Origin: Mustelus asterias
Lineage: Eukaryota
NCBI RefSeq assembly: GCF_964213995.1
Contig: NC_135808.1
Span: 27,962,001 to 28,026,000, forward strand
Length of the DNA stretch: 64,000 nucleotides
Direction of reading: 5' to 3'
Below the pieces are notes generated by a model, which was given only the letters and a program-made list of their open reading frames with translations, searched no databases and had not been told where the DNA came from. Below are positions 38,896-49,909 of this stretch, piece by piece; within the stretch, counting starts at the first letter, position 1; every line of letters starts with the position of its first letter. The translations under genes were made by a program, and so were the position numbers.

Positions 38896-39342
38896 AGCTG
38901 TGGCATCTTTACATGGGAATGCTCCAACTCATCGAGTAAACTGGTCTACGATTACTCCACAGTATGCTTTCCCTGTATCTGTGGTAATGGTCCTGTAACA
39001 TCCATTTGTAAATTCACCCTGGGTCCTTTGGGTCTGGGTTGACTTCCCATTTTAATCTTGCAGGAACGTCCTGGCACCACTCGGGTGCACATACTAAAAT
39101 TTCTTCATTAAATCAAGCATTCTGTTCCTGCTCGAGTGTGCTATTCCGTGATAAATCTTCAGCAGCGAATGCTGTATTACTTTAGGAACTATTATTTTCC
39201 CTTCTCTCCTCCATATTCCATCATGACCTTACTATCCTCCATCTTTTTTTCATTGCTCCATTTCCTCTTCATTTGCTTGTTCCTGCACTTGTTTTACATC
39301 AATATCTGGACTGTTCTCAACTGCTGTAGCTGCTAACCCTAT

Positions 39343-39476
39343 AGGCTGTGTCCACTCCCAATCCTGTTGATTATGCTCGAGTGGTAAATCCCTTGCAGGC
39401 TGTGTCCACTCCCAATCCTGTTGATTATGCTCGAGTGGTAAATCCCTTGCAGGCTGTGTCCACTCCCAATCCTGTT
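39343..39476. repeat. 54-bp tandem repeat (about 2.5 copies) in ERV pol
   Basis: Perfect repeats of aggctgtgtccactcccaatcctgttgattatgctcgagtggtaaatcccttgc, encoding QDWEWTQPARDLPLEHNQ on the minus strand. Confidence 0.92.
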
Positions 39477-42179
39477 TTACTAAAGCCTTTGCTGCCTGGT
39501 TGGTAAAATGATTTCCTTGCTGCACTTTATTCTCAATTTTCCTGAGAGCTTGAACTTTATTACTGCTGCTTCTAAAGGAGCAGCGGCTGCCTTGAGTAAA
39601 TTCCTGAGTATGCGGGCTGTGGTGGATCATTTTTTTCCCATCAAGGTGAGGGGCTCCGAAACATTGACTGCCCACGAGGCACAAGCTAATGCCCTCACAC
39701 ACTGGTGCATCCCTCTGGCAACTGATTAACTGAGCGGAGTAACACCCCATCAGTCTCAATCTGTCCCCATGCTGCTGAGCAACTGCAGCTGCCTGTAATG
39801 CATTACTTTCCTCACAGAAAATGTGTAATGGTTTGGTGACCAAAGCTGAGGCTGTCACCAAAGCCTGCTTCAAATCTGAAAAAGCCTGTACTTCTGCATC
39901 TCCCCACTCTATCTTTTCCTGACGAGCCCTTCCTCCCTTTATCAAGTCCTGTAAGGGCTACTTGAGCATAATCTTCCACGAAATTCCTATAATATTTTAA
40001 AAAGTCTTCAATATTTATCTTACCCTTTTTCCGGTGAAAATTGTTTGTACACAAATATCCTTCCCCTGGTCCTCTGGAAACTATCTCTTTTTCCTGAATA
40101 CTATAACCTAATAACATCTTTGAAACAGAAATCAAACCTTTCATTTGATCCCAGGCCATGACTTATTTTAATTGTTTGTTCTTACCTTAAATAACTGCAT
40201 TTTCTTAAGAAATTGTGCTGTAAGCAAATTACCTTATGTTAGAATTATCCCAAATTCAGACAACAGTGTTTTGGGCTTTCAACTGCCCATTAATGTCTAT
40301 CTTATCTCTTCTTTCCTTGAAGAAAACTTTGTTCCTTCATCTATAGCTATCATCTAAACTGCATTCTACTTCCTAGAATTGCTTCAAATGTCTCTTTAAT
40401 ATCCAATGAATCCTACTTTTGATTCTGTCCTCCTCTGTTTACTATCAATTCCTCTATAATGTATCTTTTATTACCCTGTTCATTTTCCTTTCTCATTTAT
40501 TGCACTGAATTATTTCCCTCATCTCTAATTATATTAATCTATCAATTTAGTGCTCTAGACGGGCTTTCTCTTTTAGCTCATCTGGCATCTAATACAGCTT
40601 TCAACCTCCCCATGTTCAAAATTTTCAGCAGGGTGTGCTTTGTGTTCAAAACGACTCCTCCAGTTTTGTGGTTGATTCACTACTTTGCGTGTCCATGTCA
40701 CACATTTTAACTCAAAAGCATTATGGCAGTATAAGAATTCCCATCATTAAACACGCACTCCCATTCTCCCATTCTACTCCCAATTCTACTCCCCTTTCTG
40801 TTAGAGTTTTGATTTTATGTGTTAAAATTACTGCAAGTCTTATAACACAAAGATCCACCCTGGGTTAATTTTCTGCTTGTTTCAGCAGGGGCGGGGCGGA
40901 GTAAATTCGCTCAAATTGACATCATCACTTCAAACACTCCAGAATAATTCTTTCCATTTATCTTTTCAAAGTCAGTCTATCAAGAATACATTTTCGAAAA
41001 TAACAACAAGCTTGATCCGGATTAATCCAAAATTAAATTTATTTTTATCTATTTTAAATATCCCAAGAAATTAAAACATTTACACTGACAATCTCCCGAA
41101 CTTTGCTCAAAATTTGCATGATTAATTATTTCTACAACTTTGCCTCCGTAACCAACACAGGCAAATACAAAATCAAATCAACTGTGTGCCTAAATGGTTA
41201 ACTCTTCTTACAACTTTTTAGACGTAATGTAACACCATCTTGAAATTGATTTTCCTTTCCCAACATGGCAGAGCTCAAATCTCTGTCAGGTTCTTATTCT
41301 TGGAAGTGACCATGAATCGCACAATTACATTCTCTCTCTCTCTCTCTCTGTGCCACACACAGAGAGTCCGTGCCTGCTTTTAACCCTTTACTCCCCTCTT
41401 CGGTCTATGACGCTTTAGGCCAACCAATTTAACCTGTCTCTCGCTCTCACAAGTTGCTCACAGGAGACCTGTACTCCTGGGATCACTCCCTGCCGGTTCT
41501 CTCAGACGGCCTTGTCCCTTCTCTATCTGTGGAACCCCTCCCTGTGGGTTCCTTGTGCCCGAGCCAGCTGCCGTCTGTACACACGGTCTAGCCACTTGAC
41601 GCTTCGCTAGCTATGTGGCTCTTGCGGCTCCGTTGCATAGGAGTGTCCGAGAGTCTACCCCCAGCCCCTATGTTTAAGAGTAGCTTCTCTGCAAGCTCCC
41701 TTTCTACCCATGCGGCTTTTCGCTCCGCTCCGTAGGAGATCCGCGTGTCCGTCCCCGGCCCCTCTATGTTAAGCGTGGGCTCTTTACATATACACCACTT
41801 TCGCACCTCTTTTCCAGTCCAAGATACTCAAGTTACGGCTTCCGGCTGCCGGACGCTGAGTCCCCTCGCTCCTGGGTGGTATTTAAAGCAAGTACTCACC
41901 CACCTTTTGGGAACACGTCTCGTCACCGGGGAGTACCGTGCTGTCGCAGTGCCAAATTGTAAGGAATTTTCTAATGGTGTTCCCCTGGGGTGCTCTGTAC
42001 TTGTTGAACCTCAGACAACTAATGCATAGACTGCGAAAGATAGTATATAGTTAAAGAAGTAAAAGGAATTTATTTGCTCATGCATGCATCAGGAGAGAGA
42101 CACAGTCAATGAGGGTTGACTGTCCTCTCTGACCTAATATTGCCTGATAAAATGATTGTGTTATTTTGAACATTTCAAT

Positions 42180-42497
42180 CTTAGAATCTTAGAAACCCTA
42201 CAACACAGAAAGAGGCTATTCAGCCCATCGAGTCTGCGCCGACCACAATCCCACCAGGCCCTACCCACTAATCCTCTAACCTATTCATCCCAGGACCCTG
42301 GGGAAATTTTAGCATGGCCAATCAACCTAACCCGCACATCTTTGGACTGCGAGGAAACCGGAGCACCCGGAGGAAACCCACGCAGACACAAGGAGAATGT
42401 GCAAACTCCACACAGACAGTGAATCAAGCCGGGAATCGAACCCAGGTCCCTGGAGCTGTGAAGCAGCAGTGCTAACCACTGTGCTACCGTGCCGCCC
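42180..42497 (-). mobile_element. HE1-type SINE inside the ERV 5' LTR
   Basis: Full SINE consensus, ending ...gtgctaccgtgccgccc on the plus strand. Confidence 0.9.
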
Positions 42498-42907
42498 TAT
42501 ATCCCACCTAAACCCTCCAATGTTTCACTGGAGCAAGCAGAGAGGGAGTGATTGGAGGCAGGAGTGCTGGTGAGAGATTGACTGAATGATTTATTTATTT
42601 AATTAGTCAGTTCGTGTGTGTTTTTTTTTGGCCTTTACTTTTGTCGTGGTATTTTTCTTAAGTTTAAAGTGAAAACCGGAAGTGGGCTGCTAAGGAGTCT
42701 GGGAAGGGTTTTTTAAGCACGCGAAGTATAAAAGGTAGGTTGCAGTATACAGCGGGCAGAGTCGGGAGCGGGCAGCGGAGTGTGTGGGAAGCAGAGTGTG
42801 AGCTATAAGGGCTTTGGCTCACAGGGCTTGGGGGGACAGGGCGAGCAGGGGTGAGTTTAATTCATTTTTGCTGTTTCTCCCTGGTACTGGCAAGGTATCT
42901 AGAGGGG

Positions 42908-43834
42908 ATGGGTGTGCAGGCAGTGCTATGTTCCTCTTGCACTATGTTTGAGGTGAGGGACTCCGTCAGTGTCCCTGCTGATTACATCTGTGGGAAGTGC
43001 ACCCATCTGCAGCTCCTCCAAAACCGTGTTAGGGAACTGGAGCTGGAGTTAGATGAACTTAGGATCATTAGGGACGCAGAGGTGGCCATAGACAGAAGCT
43101 TTAGGGATACAGTTACTCCGAGGAATGAAAACAGATGGGTGACGGTGAGAGGGGCTGGGAGGAAGCAGTCAGTGCAGGGATCCCCTGTGGTCGTTCTCCT
43201 TAGCAACAAGTATTCCGCTTTGGATACGGTTGAGGGGGACGACGTACCAGTGGTGAGCCGCAGTGAGAGGATCTCCAGCACTGTGTCCGTCTCTGTGGCT
43301 CGGGAGGGTAAGGGGCAGAGCGGGAGGGCAATAGTTATTGGGGACTCGTTAGTTAGAGGGATAGATAGAAAGTTCTGTGGCAGCAAAAGAGACTCACGGA
43401 TGGTATGTTGCCTACTGTGTGCCAGGGTCCGTGATGTCTCGGACCGTGTCTTCCGGATTCTTAAGCGGGAGGAGAAACAGTCACAAGTCGTGGCACACAT
43501 TGGTACCAACGACATGGGTAAGAGAAGGGACGGGGATTTAAAACAGGAATTTCGGGAGCTGGGCTGGAAGCTGAGAGCCAAGACAAAACATGTGGTCATC
43601 TCTGGTACGTTGCCGGTGCCACGTGAGAGCGAGTTGAGGAACAGGGAGAGAGTGCAGTTAAACATGTGGTTGCAGGGATGGTGTAGGAGGGAGGGTTTCA
43701 GATACATGGATAATTGGAACACATTCTGGGGAAGGTGGGACCTGTACAAACAGGACGGGGTGCACCTGAACCAGAGGGGCACCAATATCCTGGGAGGGAA
43801 ATTTGATACAGCTCTTCAGGGGGGTTTAAACTAA
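42908..43834 (+). CDS. CR1 ORF1p (Cys zinc finger, coiled coil, SGNH esterase domain), open
   Basis: CSSC..CGKC, RVRELELELDELR, GDSLVRG, HIGTND and DGVHLN motifs; first ATG at 42908. Confidence 0.85.
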   Translation: MGVQAVLCSSCTMFEVRDSVSVPADYICGKCTHLQLLQNRVRELELELDELRIIRDAEVAIDRSFRDTVTPRNENRWVTVRGAGRKQSVQGSPVVVLLSNKYSALDTVEGDDVPVVSRSERISSTVSVSVAREGKGQSGRAIVIGDSLVRGIDRKFCGSKRDSRMVCCLLCARVRDVSDRVFRILKREEKQSQVVAHIGTNDMGKRRDGDLKQEFRELGWKLRAKTKHVVISGTLPVPRESELRNRERVQLNMWLQGWCRREGFRYMDNWNTFWGRWDLYKQDGVHLNQRGTNILGGKFDTALQGGLN

Positions 43835-43893
43835 TTTGTCTGGGGAGTGGGAAAAGGAGTTGTAGTCCAGAAGTCAGTGAGGGTGGTGAGGTA

Positions 43894-46647
43894 TTGGGGA
43901 AGGTATCAGGGGCAAGGGTGGGTACCGGTAGACAGGAAGGTGGGTTGAAGTGTGTCTACTTCAATGCAAGGAGCATCCGGAACAAGGTAGATGAACTTGG
44001 GGCGTGGATTGGTACTTGGGACTACGATGTTGTGGCCGTTACGGAGACGTGGGTAGAACAAGGACAGGAATGGTTGTTGGACATTCCGGGGTATAGATGT
44101 TTCAGTAAGTGTCGGGAAGCTGGTAAAAGAGGTGGAGGAGTAGCATTGTTAATCAAGGATAGTTTAACGGCTGCGGAAAGGCACTTCGAGGGGGATCTGC
44201 ACACTGAGGTAATATGGGCTGAGGTTAGGAATAGGAAAGGAGCGGTCACGTTGTTAGGAGTTTACTCTAGGCCCCCAAATAGTAATAGAGATGTGGCGGA
44301 AGAAATTGCTAAGCAGATTATGGATATGTGTGGGTGTCACAGGGTAGTTGTTATGGGGGACTTTAACTTTCCAAATATTGATTGGAACCTTTGTAGGTCA
44401 AATAGTTCGGCTGGGGCAGTTTTTGTGCAGTGTGTGCAGGAGGGTTTCCTGACACAATATATGGATAGGCCGACAAGAGGTGAGGCCACATTGGATTTGG
44501 TACAGGGAAATGAACCGGGCCAAGTGATGGAAAGGGATAGGCATGAACCTCGGGCCAGTGGTTTTAGCTGGGGGAAGGGTAATTATGAGGCTATTAGGAG
44601 AGAATTAGGAAACATAGGTTGGACTAGGAGATTACAGGGACTGGGAACGTCCGACATGTGGAGTTTTTTCAAGGAGCAGCTACTGCGAGTCTGTGATAGG
44701 TATGTCCCTGTCAGGCAAGGAGGAATTGGTAGGGCTAGGGAACCGTGGTGCACCAAAAAAGTTTCTTTGTTGGTTAAAAAGAAAAAGGAGGCTTATGTTC
44801 GGATGAGACGTGAGCACTCGGGTAGTGCACTAGAAAGCTTTAGATTGGCTAAGAGGGAGTTGAAGAGCGAGCTTAGAAGGGCTAAAAGGGGACATGAGAA
44901 GACTTTGGCGGATAGGGTTAAAGAGAATCCTAAGGCGTTCTATAGGTATGTCAAGAACAGAAGGTTGGTTAGGGCAAGTTTAGGGCCAGTTATAGATGGC
45001 AGAGGGAAGTTATGTGTGGAACCGGAGGAGATTGGTGAAGCATTGAACCAATATTTCTCTTCGGTGTTCACGCAAGGGGACATGAATATAGCGGAGGAGG
45101 ACACTGGGTTGCAAGGGAGTAGAATAGACAGTATTACAGTTGATAAGGAGGATGTGCAGGATATTCTGGAGGGTCTGAAAATAGATAAATCCCCTGGTCC
45201 GGATGGGATTTATCCAAGGATTCTCTGGGAGGCAAGAGAAGTGATTGCAGAGCCTCTGGCTCTGATCTTCAGGTCGTCGTTGGCCTCTGGTATAGTACCA
45301 GAAGATTGGAGGTTAGCGAATGTTGTCCCATTGTTTAAGAAGGGGAACAGAGACTTCCCCGGGAATTATAGACCGGTGAGTCTCACTTCTGTTGTCGGCA
45401 AGATGTTGGAAAAAATTATAAGGGATAGGATTTATAGTTATTTGGAGAGTAATGAATTGATAGGTGATAGTCAGCATGGTTTTGTGGCAGGTAGGTCGTG
45501 CCTTACTAACCTTATTGAGTTTTTTGAGAAAGTGACCAAGGAGGTGGATGGGGGCAAGGCAGTGGACGTGGTATATATGGATTTTAGTAAGGCGTTTGAT
45601 AAGGTTCACCATGGTAGGCTTCTGCAGAAAATGCAGATGTATGGGATTGGGGGTGATCTAGGAAATTGGATCAGGAATTGGCTAGCGGATAGGAAACAGA
45701 GGGTGGTGGTTGATAGTAAATATTCATCATGGAGTGCGGTTACAAGTGGTGTACCTCAGGGATCTGTTTTGGGGCCACTGCTGTTTGTAATATTTATTAA
45801 TGATCTGGATGAGGGTATAGTTGGGTGGATTAGCAAATTTGCTGATGACACCAAAGTCGGTGGTGTGGTAGACAGTGAGGAAGGGTGTCGTAGTTTGCAG
45901 GAAGACTTAGACAGGTTGCAAAGTTGGGCCGAGAGGTGGCGGATGGAGTTTAATGCGGAGAAGTGTGAGGTAATTCACTTTGGTAGGAATAACAGATGTG
46001 TTGAGTATAGGGCTAACGGGAGGACTTTGAATAGTGTGGAGGAGCAGAGGGATCTAGGTGTATGTGTGCATAGATCCCTGAAAGTTGGGAATCAAGTAGA
46101 TAAGGTTGTTAAGAAGGCATATGGTGTCTTGGCGTTTATTGGTAGGGGGATTGAATTTAGGAGTCGTAGCGTTATGTTGCAACTGTACACAACTCTGGTG
46201 CGGCCGCACTTGGAGTATTGTGTGCAGTTCTGGTCCCCACATTACAGGAAGGATGTGGAGGCTTTGGAGAGGGTGCAGAGGAGGTTTACCAGGATGTTGC
46301 CTGGTATGGAGGGGAGATCCTATGAGGAGAGGCTGAGGGATTTGGGATTGTTTTCGCTGGAAAGGCGGCGGCTAAGAGGGGATCTTATTGAAACATATAA
46401 GATGATTAGAGGTTTAGATAGGGTGGATAGTGATAGCCTTTTTCCTCTGATGGAGAAATCCAGCACGAGGGGGCATGGCTTTAAATTGAGGGGGGGTAGT
46501 TATAGAACCGATGTCAGGGGTAGGTTCTTTACCCAGAGGGTGGTGAGGGATTGGAATGCCCTGCCAGCATCAGTAGTAAATGCGCCTAGTTTGGGGGCGT
46601 TTAAGAGATCCGTAGATAGGTTCATGGACGAAAAGAAATTGGTTTAG
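43894..46647 (+). CDS. CR1 ORF2p-like APE endonuclease plus reverse transcriptase (chimeric, missing the SDH motif)
   Basis: 917-codon open frame with YFNARSIRNK, VTETW, MGDFNF, then the RT motifs NYRPVSLTS, MDFSKAFD, PQGSVLGP and FADD. Confidence 0.85.
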   Translation: MGKVSGARVGTGRQEGGLKCVYFNARSIRNKVDELGAWIGTWDYDVVAVTETWVEQGQEWLLDIPGYRCFSKCREAGKRGGGVALLIKDSLTAAERHFEGDLHTEVIWAEVRNRKGAVTLLGVYSRPPNSNRDVAEEIAKQIMDMCGCHRVVVMGDFNFPNIDWNLCRSNSSAGAVFVQCVQEGFLTQYMDRPTRGEATLDLVQGNEPGQVMERDRHEPRASGFSWGKGNYEAIRRELGNIGWTRRLQGLGTSDMWSFFKEQLLRVCDRYVPVRQGGIGRAREPWCTKKVSLLVKKKKEAYVRMRREHSGSALESFRLAKRELKSELRRAKRGHEKTLADRVKENPKAFYRYVKNRRLVRASLGPVIDGRGKLCVEPEEIGEALNQYFSSVFTQGDMNIAEEDTGLQGSRIDSITVDKEDVQDILEGLKIDKSPGPDGIYPRILWEAREVIAEPLALIFRSSLASGIVPEDWRLANVVPLFKKGNRDFPGNYRPVSLTSVVGKMLEKIIRDRIYSYLESNELIGDSQHGFVAGRSCLTNLIEFFEKVTKEVDGGKAVDVVYMDFSKAFDKVHHGRLLQKMQMYGIGGDLGNWIRNWLADRKQRVVVDSKYSSWSAVTSGVPQGSVLGPLLFVIFINDLDEGIVGWISKFADDTKVGGVVDSEEGCRSLQEDLDRLQSWAERWRMEFNAEKCEVIHFGRNNRCVEYRANGRTLNSVEEQRDLGVCVHRSLKVGNQVDKVVKKAYGVLAFIGRGIEFRSRSVMLQLYTTLVRPHLEYCVQFWSPHYRKDVEALERVQRRFTRMLPGMEGRSYEERLRDLGLFSLERRRLRGDLIETYKMIRGLDRVDSDSLFPLMEKSSTRGHGFKLRGGSYRTDVRGRFFTQRVVRDWNALPASVVNAPSLGAFKRSVDRFMDEKKLV

Positions 46648-49330
46648 GTTGGAGGGTCACAGTTTTTTTTTTTAACTGGTCGGTGCAACATCGTGGGCCG
46701 AAGGGCCTGTTCTGCGCTGTAATGTTCTATGTTCTATGTTCTAAGTGTTCGATTTGGTTGTGGGAGAGCACTTTGGAGATAGTGACCACAATTCGGTGTC
46801 TTTTGTTATTGCAATGGAGAGGGATAGGGCCGTACGGCAGGGCAAGGTTTACAATTGGGGGAGAGGTAATTATGATGCGATTAGGCAAGCATTAGGGGGC
46901 ATAAGTTGGGAACAGAAACTGTCAGGGAAAGGCACTAATGAAAAGTGGAACTTTTTCAAGGAATAAATACTGGGTGTCCTTGATAGGTATGTCCCTGTCA
47001 GGCAGGGAGGAAATGGCCGAGTGAGGGAACCATGGTTCACGAAAGAGATGGAATGTCTTGTGAAAAGGAAGAGGGAAGCTTATGTAGGGATGAGGAAACA
47101 AGGTTCAGATGGCTCGATTTGAGGGTTACAAGTTAGCAAGGAACGAGCTGAAAAAGGGGCTTAGGAGAGCGAGGAGGAGACATGAGAAGTCCTTGGCGGG
47201 TCGGATCAAGGAAAACCCCAAGGCTTTTTACTCTTATGTGAGGAATAAAAGAATGACAAGGGTGAGGTTAGGGCCGGTCAAGGACAGTAGTGGGAACTTG
47301 TGTATGGAGTCAGTAGAGATGGGCGAGGTGATGAATGAATACTTTTCTTCAGTGTTCACCAAGGAGAGGGGCCATGTTTTTGAGGAAGAGAAGGTGTTAC
47401 AGGCTAATAGGCTGGAGGGAATAGATGTTCGGAGGGAGGATGTCCTGGCAGTTTTGAATAAACTGAAGGTCGATAAGTCCCGTGGGCCTGATGAAATATA
47501 TCCTAGCATTCTTTGTGAGGCAAGGGATGAGATTGCATAGCCTTTGGCTTTGATCTTTGGGTCCTCACTGTCCACGGGGAAGGTGCCAGAGGACTGGAGA
47601 ATGGCGAATGTTGTTCCTCTGTTTAAGAAAGGGAATAGAAAGGATCCTGGTAATTATAGACCGGTTAGTCTTACTTCGGTGGTTGGTAAATTGATGGAAA
47701 AGGTCCTTCGGGATGGGATTTACGACCATTTAGAAAGATGCGGATTAATCCGGGATAGTCAGCACGGATTCATGAAGGGCAAGTCGTGCCTCACAAATTT
47801 GATAGAATTTTTTGAGGAGGTAACTAAGTGTGTTGATGAAGGTAGGGCAGTTGATGTCATATACATGGATTTTAGTAAGGCGTTTGATAAGGTTACGGCT
47901 TGTGGTCGGCTTATGATGAAAGTGAGGAGGTGTGGGATAGAGGGAAAGTTGGCCGATTGGATAGGTAACTGGCTGTCTGATCGAAGACAGAGGGTGGTGG
48001 TGGATGGAAAATTTTCGGATTGGAGGCAGGTTGCTCGCGGAGTGCCACAGGGATCAGTGCTTGATCCTCTGCTCTTTGTGATTTTTATTAATGACTTTGA
48101 GGAGGGGGCTGAAGAGTGGATCAGTAAATTTGCTGATGACACCAAGATTGGTGGAGTAGTGGATGAGGTGGAGGGCTGTCGTAAGCTGCAAAGAGACATC
48201 GATAGGATGCAGAGCTGGGCTGAAAGATGGCAAATGGAGCTTAACCCTGATAAATGTGAGGTGATTCATTTTGGTAGGACTAATTTAAATGTGGATTACA
48301 GGGTCAAAGGTAGGGTTCTGAAGACTGTGGAGGAACAGTGAGATCTTGGGGTCCATATCCACAGATCTCTAAGTGGATAGAGCTGTGAAGAAGGCCTATA
48401 GTGTGTTAGCTTTTATTAACGGGGTTGGAGTTTAAGAGCCGTGGGGTTATGCTGCAACAGTACAGGACCTTGGTGAGACCACATTTGGAATATTGTGTGC
48501 AGTTCTGGTCACCTCACTATAAGAAGGATGTGGGAGTGCTGGAAAGAGTGCAGAGGAGATCTACCAGGATGCTGCCTAGTTTGGAGGGTTGGTCTTATGA
48601 GGAAAGGTTGAGGGAGCTAGGGCTGTTCTTTCTGGAGCGGAGGAGGCTGAGGGGAGACTTAATCAAGGTTTATAAAATGATGAAGGGGATAGATAGAGTG
48701 AACGTTCAAAGACTATTTCCTTGGGTGGATGGAGCTATTACAAGGGGGCATAACTATAGGGTTCGTGGTGGGAGATATAGGAAGGATATCAGAGGTAGGT
48801 TCTTTACGCAGAGAGTGGTTGGGGGTGTGGAATGGACTGCCTGCAGTGATAGTGGAGTCAGACACTTTAGGAACATTTAAGCGGTTATTGGATAGGCACA
48901 TGGAGCACACCAGGATGATAGGGAGTAGGATAGCTTGATCTTGGTTTCAGATAAAGCTCGGCACACCATCGTGGGCCGAAGGGCCTGTTCTGTGCTGTAC
49001 TGTTGTCTGTTCTATGTTCTAATATCCCACCTAATCTCGTCAATCAGCCTGGAGGGCTCAATCACAATATTCAACATTGTTACCTGAGCCAATAACGTTC
49101 CACCTGTCAACAGGAATTATTACTTGTTGTTGATGCAGGTTCCTTCCCCTTTACTTAGGAAACCTAACCCACGTCCTTAGCAATATCCAAGGCCATTATT
49201 TACATCTGTGATTTTTAATTGGTGAAAGGAGTCACTCTTTCGCTGGAACCTGGGCCTCCTTTCTCAGCTTGAGAGACTGCTCCAGCGTCGCTACCCATGA
49301 ACGAATTTACTCCCTTAATACTCCGTAAAT

Positions 49331-49525
49331 CAGTCCAAAGATGTGCGGGTTAGGTTGATTGGCCAGGTTAAAAAAAATTGCCCCTTAGAGTCCTGGGATG
49401 TGTAGGTTAGAGGGATTAGCGGGTAAAATATGTGGGGGTAGGGCCTGGGTGGGATTGTGGTCGGTGCAGACTCGATGGGCCGAATGGCCTCCTTCTGCAC
49501 TGTAGGGTTTCTATGATTTCTATGA
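49331..49525 (+). mobile_element. 5'-truncated HE1-type SINE inside the ERV 5' LTR
   Basis: cagtccaaagatgtgcgggttagg...gggtttctatgatttctatg; absent from the 3' LTR. Confidence 0.88.
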
Positions 49526-49909
49526 ATAGCAGGCATATTAAACTCGCCATTTGTATATCCAAAAACAGATCACAAAAGCTGCCTTTCCGTGCTCCATTGT
49601 ATTAAAAAAATTCAGCCTGTCTACCACTGTGTTTCCCATTATGCTGCATTCAGAACGACGTTGGCCAAGGTGCCCAATATATATATATTGAAAATACAAT
49701 TGAAGTTTATAATACTTGGTTTATTTGTGGTTATACAATTTATAATACCCTTGCAGTTTATAATGCCTTTGCATATTTTGTTCCAGGCACATTGTGAATT
49801 TATATATATATAAGACACTTTATAATTACCTTAACCTAGTCTACTTATTAGAGTGAAACTAAAACGAAGGGCCTGATACTAGAATTCTATACTACCTCCC
49901 ATCATGGTC

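Larger units (their letters stand above)
34300..40400 (-). pseudogene. pol: ERV pol pseudogene (protease, RT, RNase H, integrase), split by a CR1 at 34854-38895
   Basis: RT/connection ...YYRNFVEDYAQ...IEWGDAEVQAFSDLKQALVTASAL...QQHGDRLR. The integrase core IVDQFTR*VGAFPCKDATA|PIVAVIL...PRWGIPLQLDSHQG joins across the CR1. GPF motif at ~34470. Confidence 0.82.
42512..49020 (+). mobile_element. Full-length host CR1 (42512-44526 and 46748-49020) with a second CR1 nested at 44527-46742
   Basis: Flanked by TSD (A)ATATCCCACCTAA (42499-42511 / 49021-49034). Two separate RT regions and two separate (TTCTATG)n tails. Confidence 0.88.
31824..49904 (-). mobile_element. Endogenous retrovirus, full provirus (LTR-gag-pol-env-LTR), decayed, with nested insertions
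   Basis: TSD TGGTC at 31819-31823 and 49905-49909; two homologous TG...CA LTRs; PBS starting TGG at 41954; PPT AAAAGCAGGGAG at 32735-32746; pol and env remnants. Confidence 0.9.
41958..49904 (-). repeat. ERV 5' LTR in pieces (41958-42179, 42499-42511, 49021-49330, 49526-49904)
   Basis: Colinear homology with the 3' LTR on both sides of the SINE and CR1 insertions. On the minus strand it ends ...CCTTACA, followed by attTGGCACTGCGAC (PBS). Confidence 0.88.

Noticed and set aside
42982-43785. 267-aa minus-strand ORF, plus similar antisense ORFs at 14027, 45313, 47759 and others
   Set aside because: These are shadow frames opposite CR1 ORF1/ORF2 with no independent motifs.
44527-49020. Tandem RT regions considered as an assembly duplication
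   Set aside because: The two RT regions and their 3' UTRs are clearly diverged, and both junctions carry a target-site duplication.
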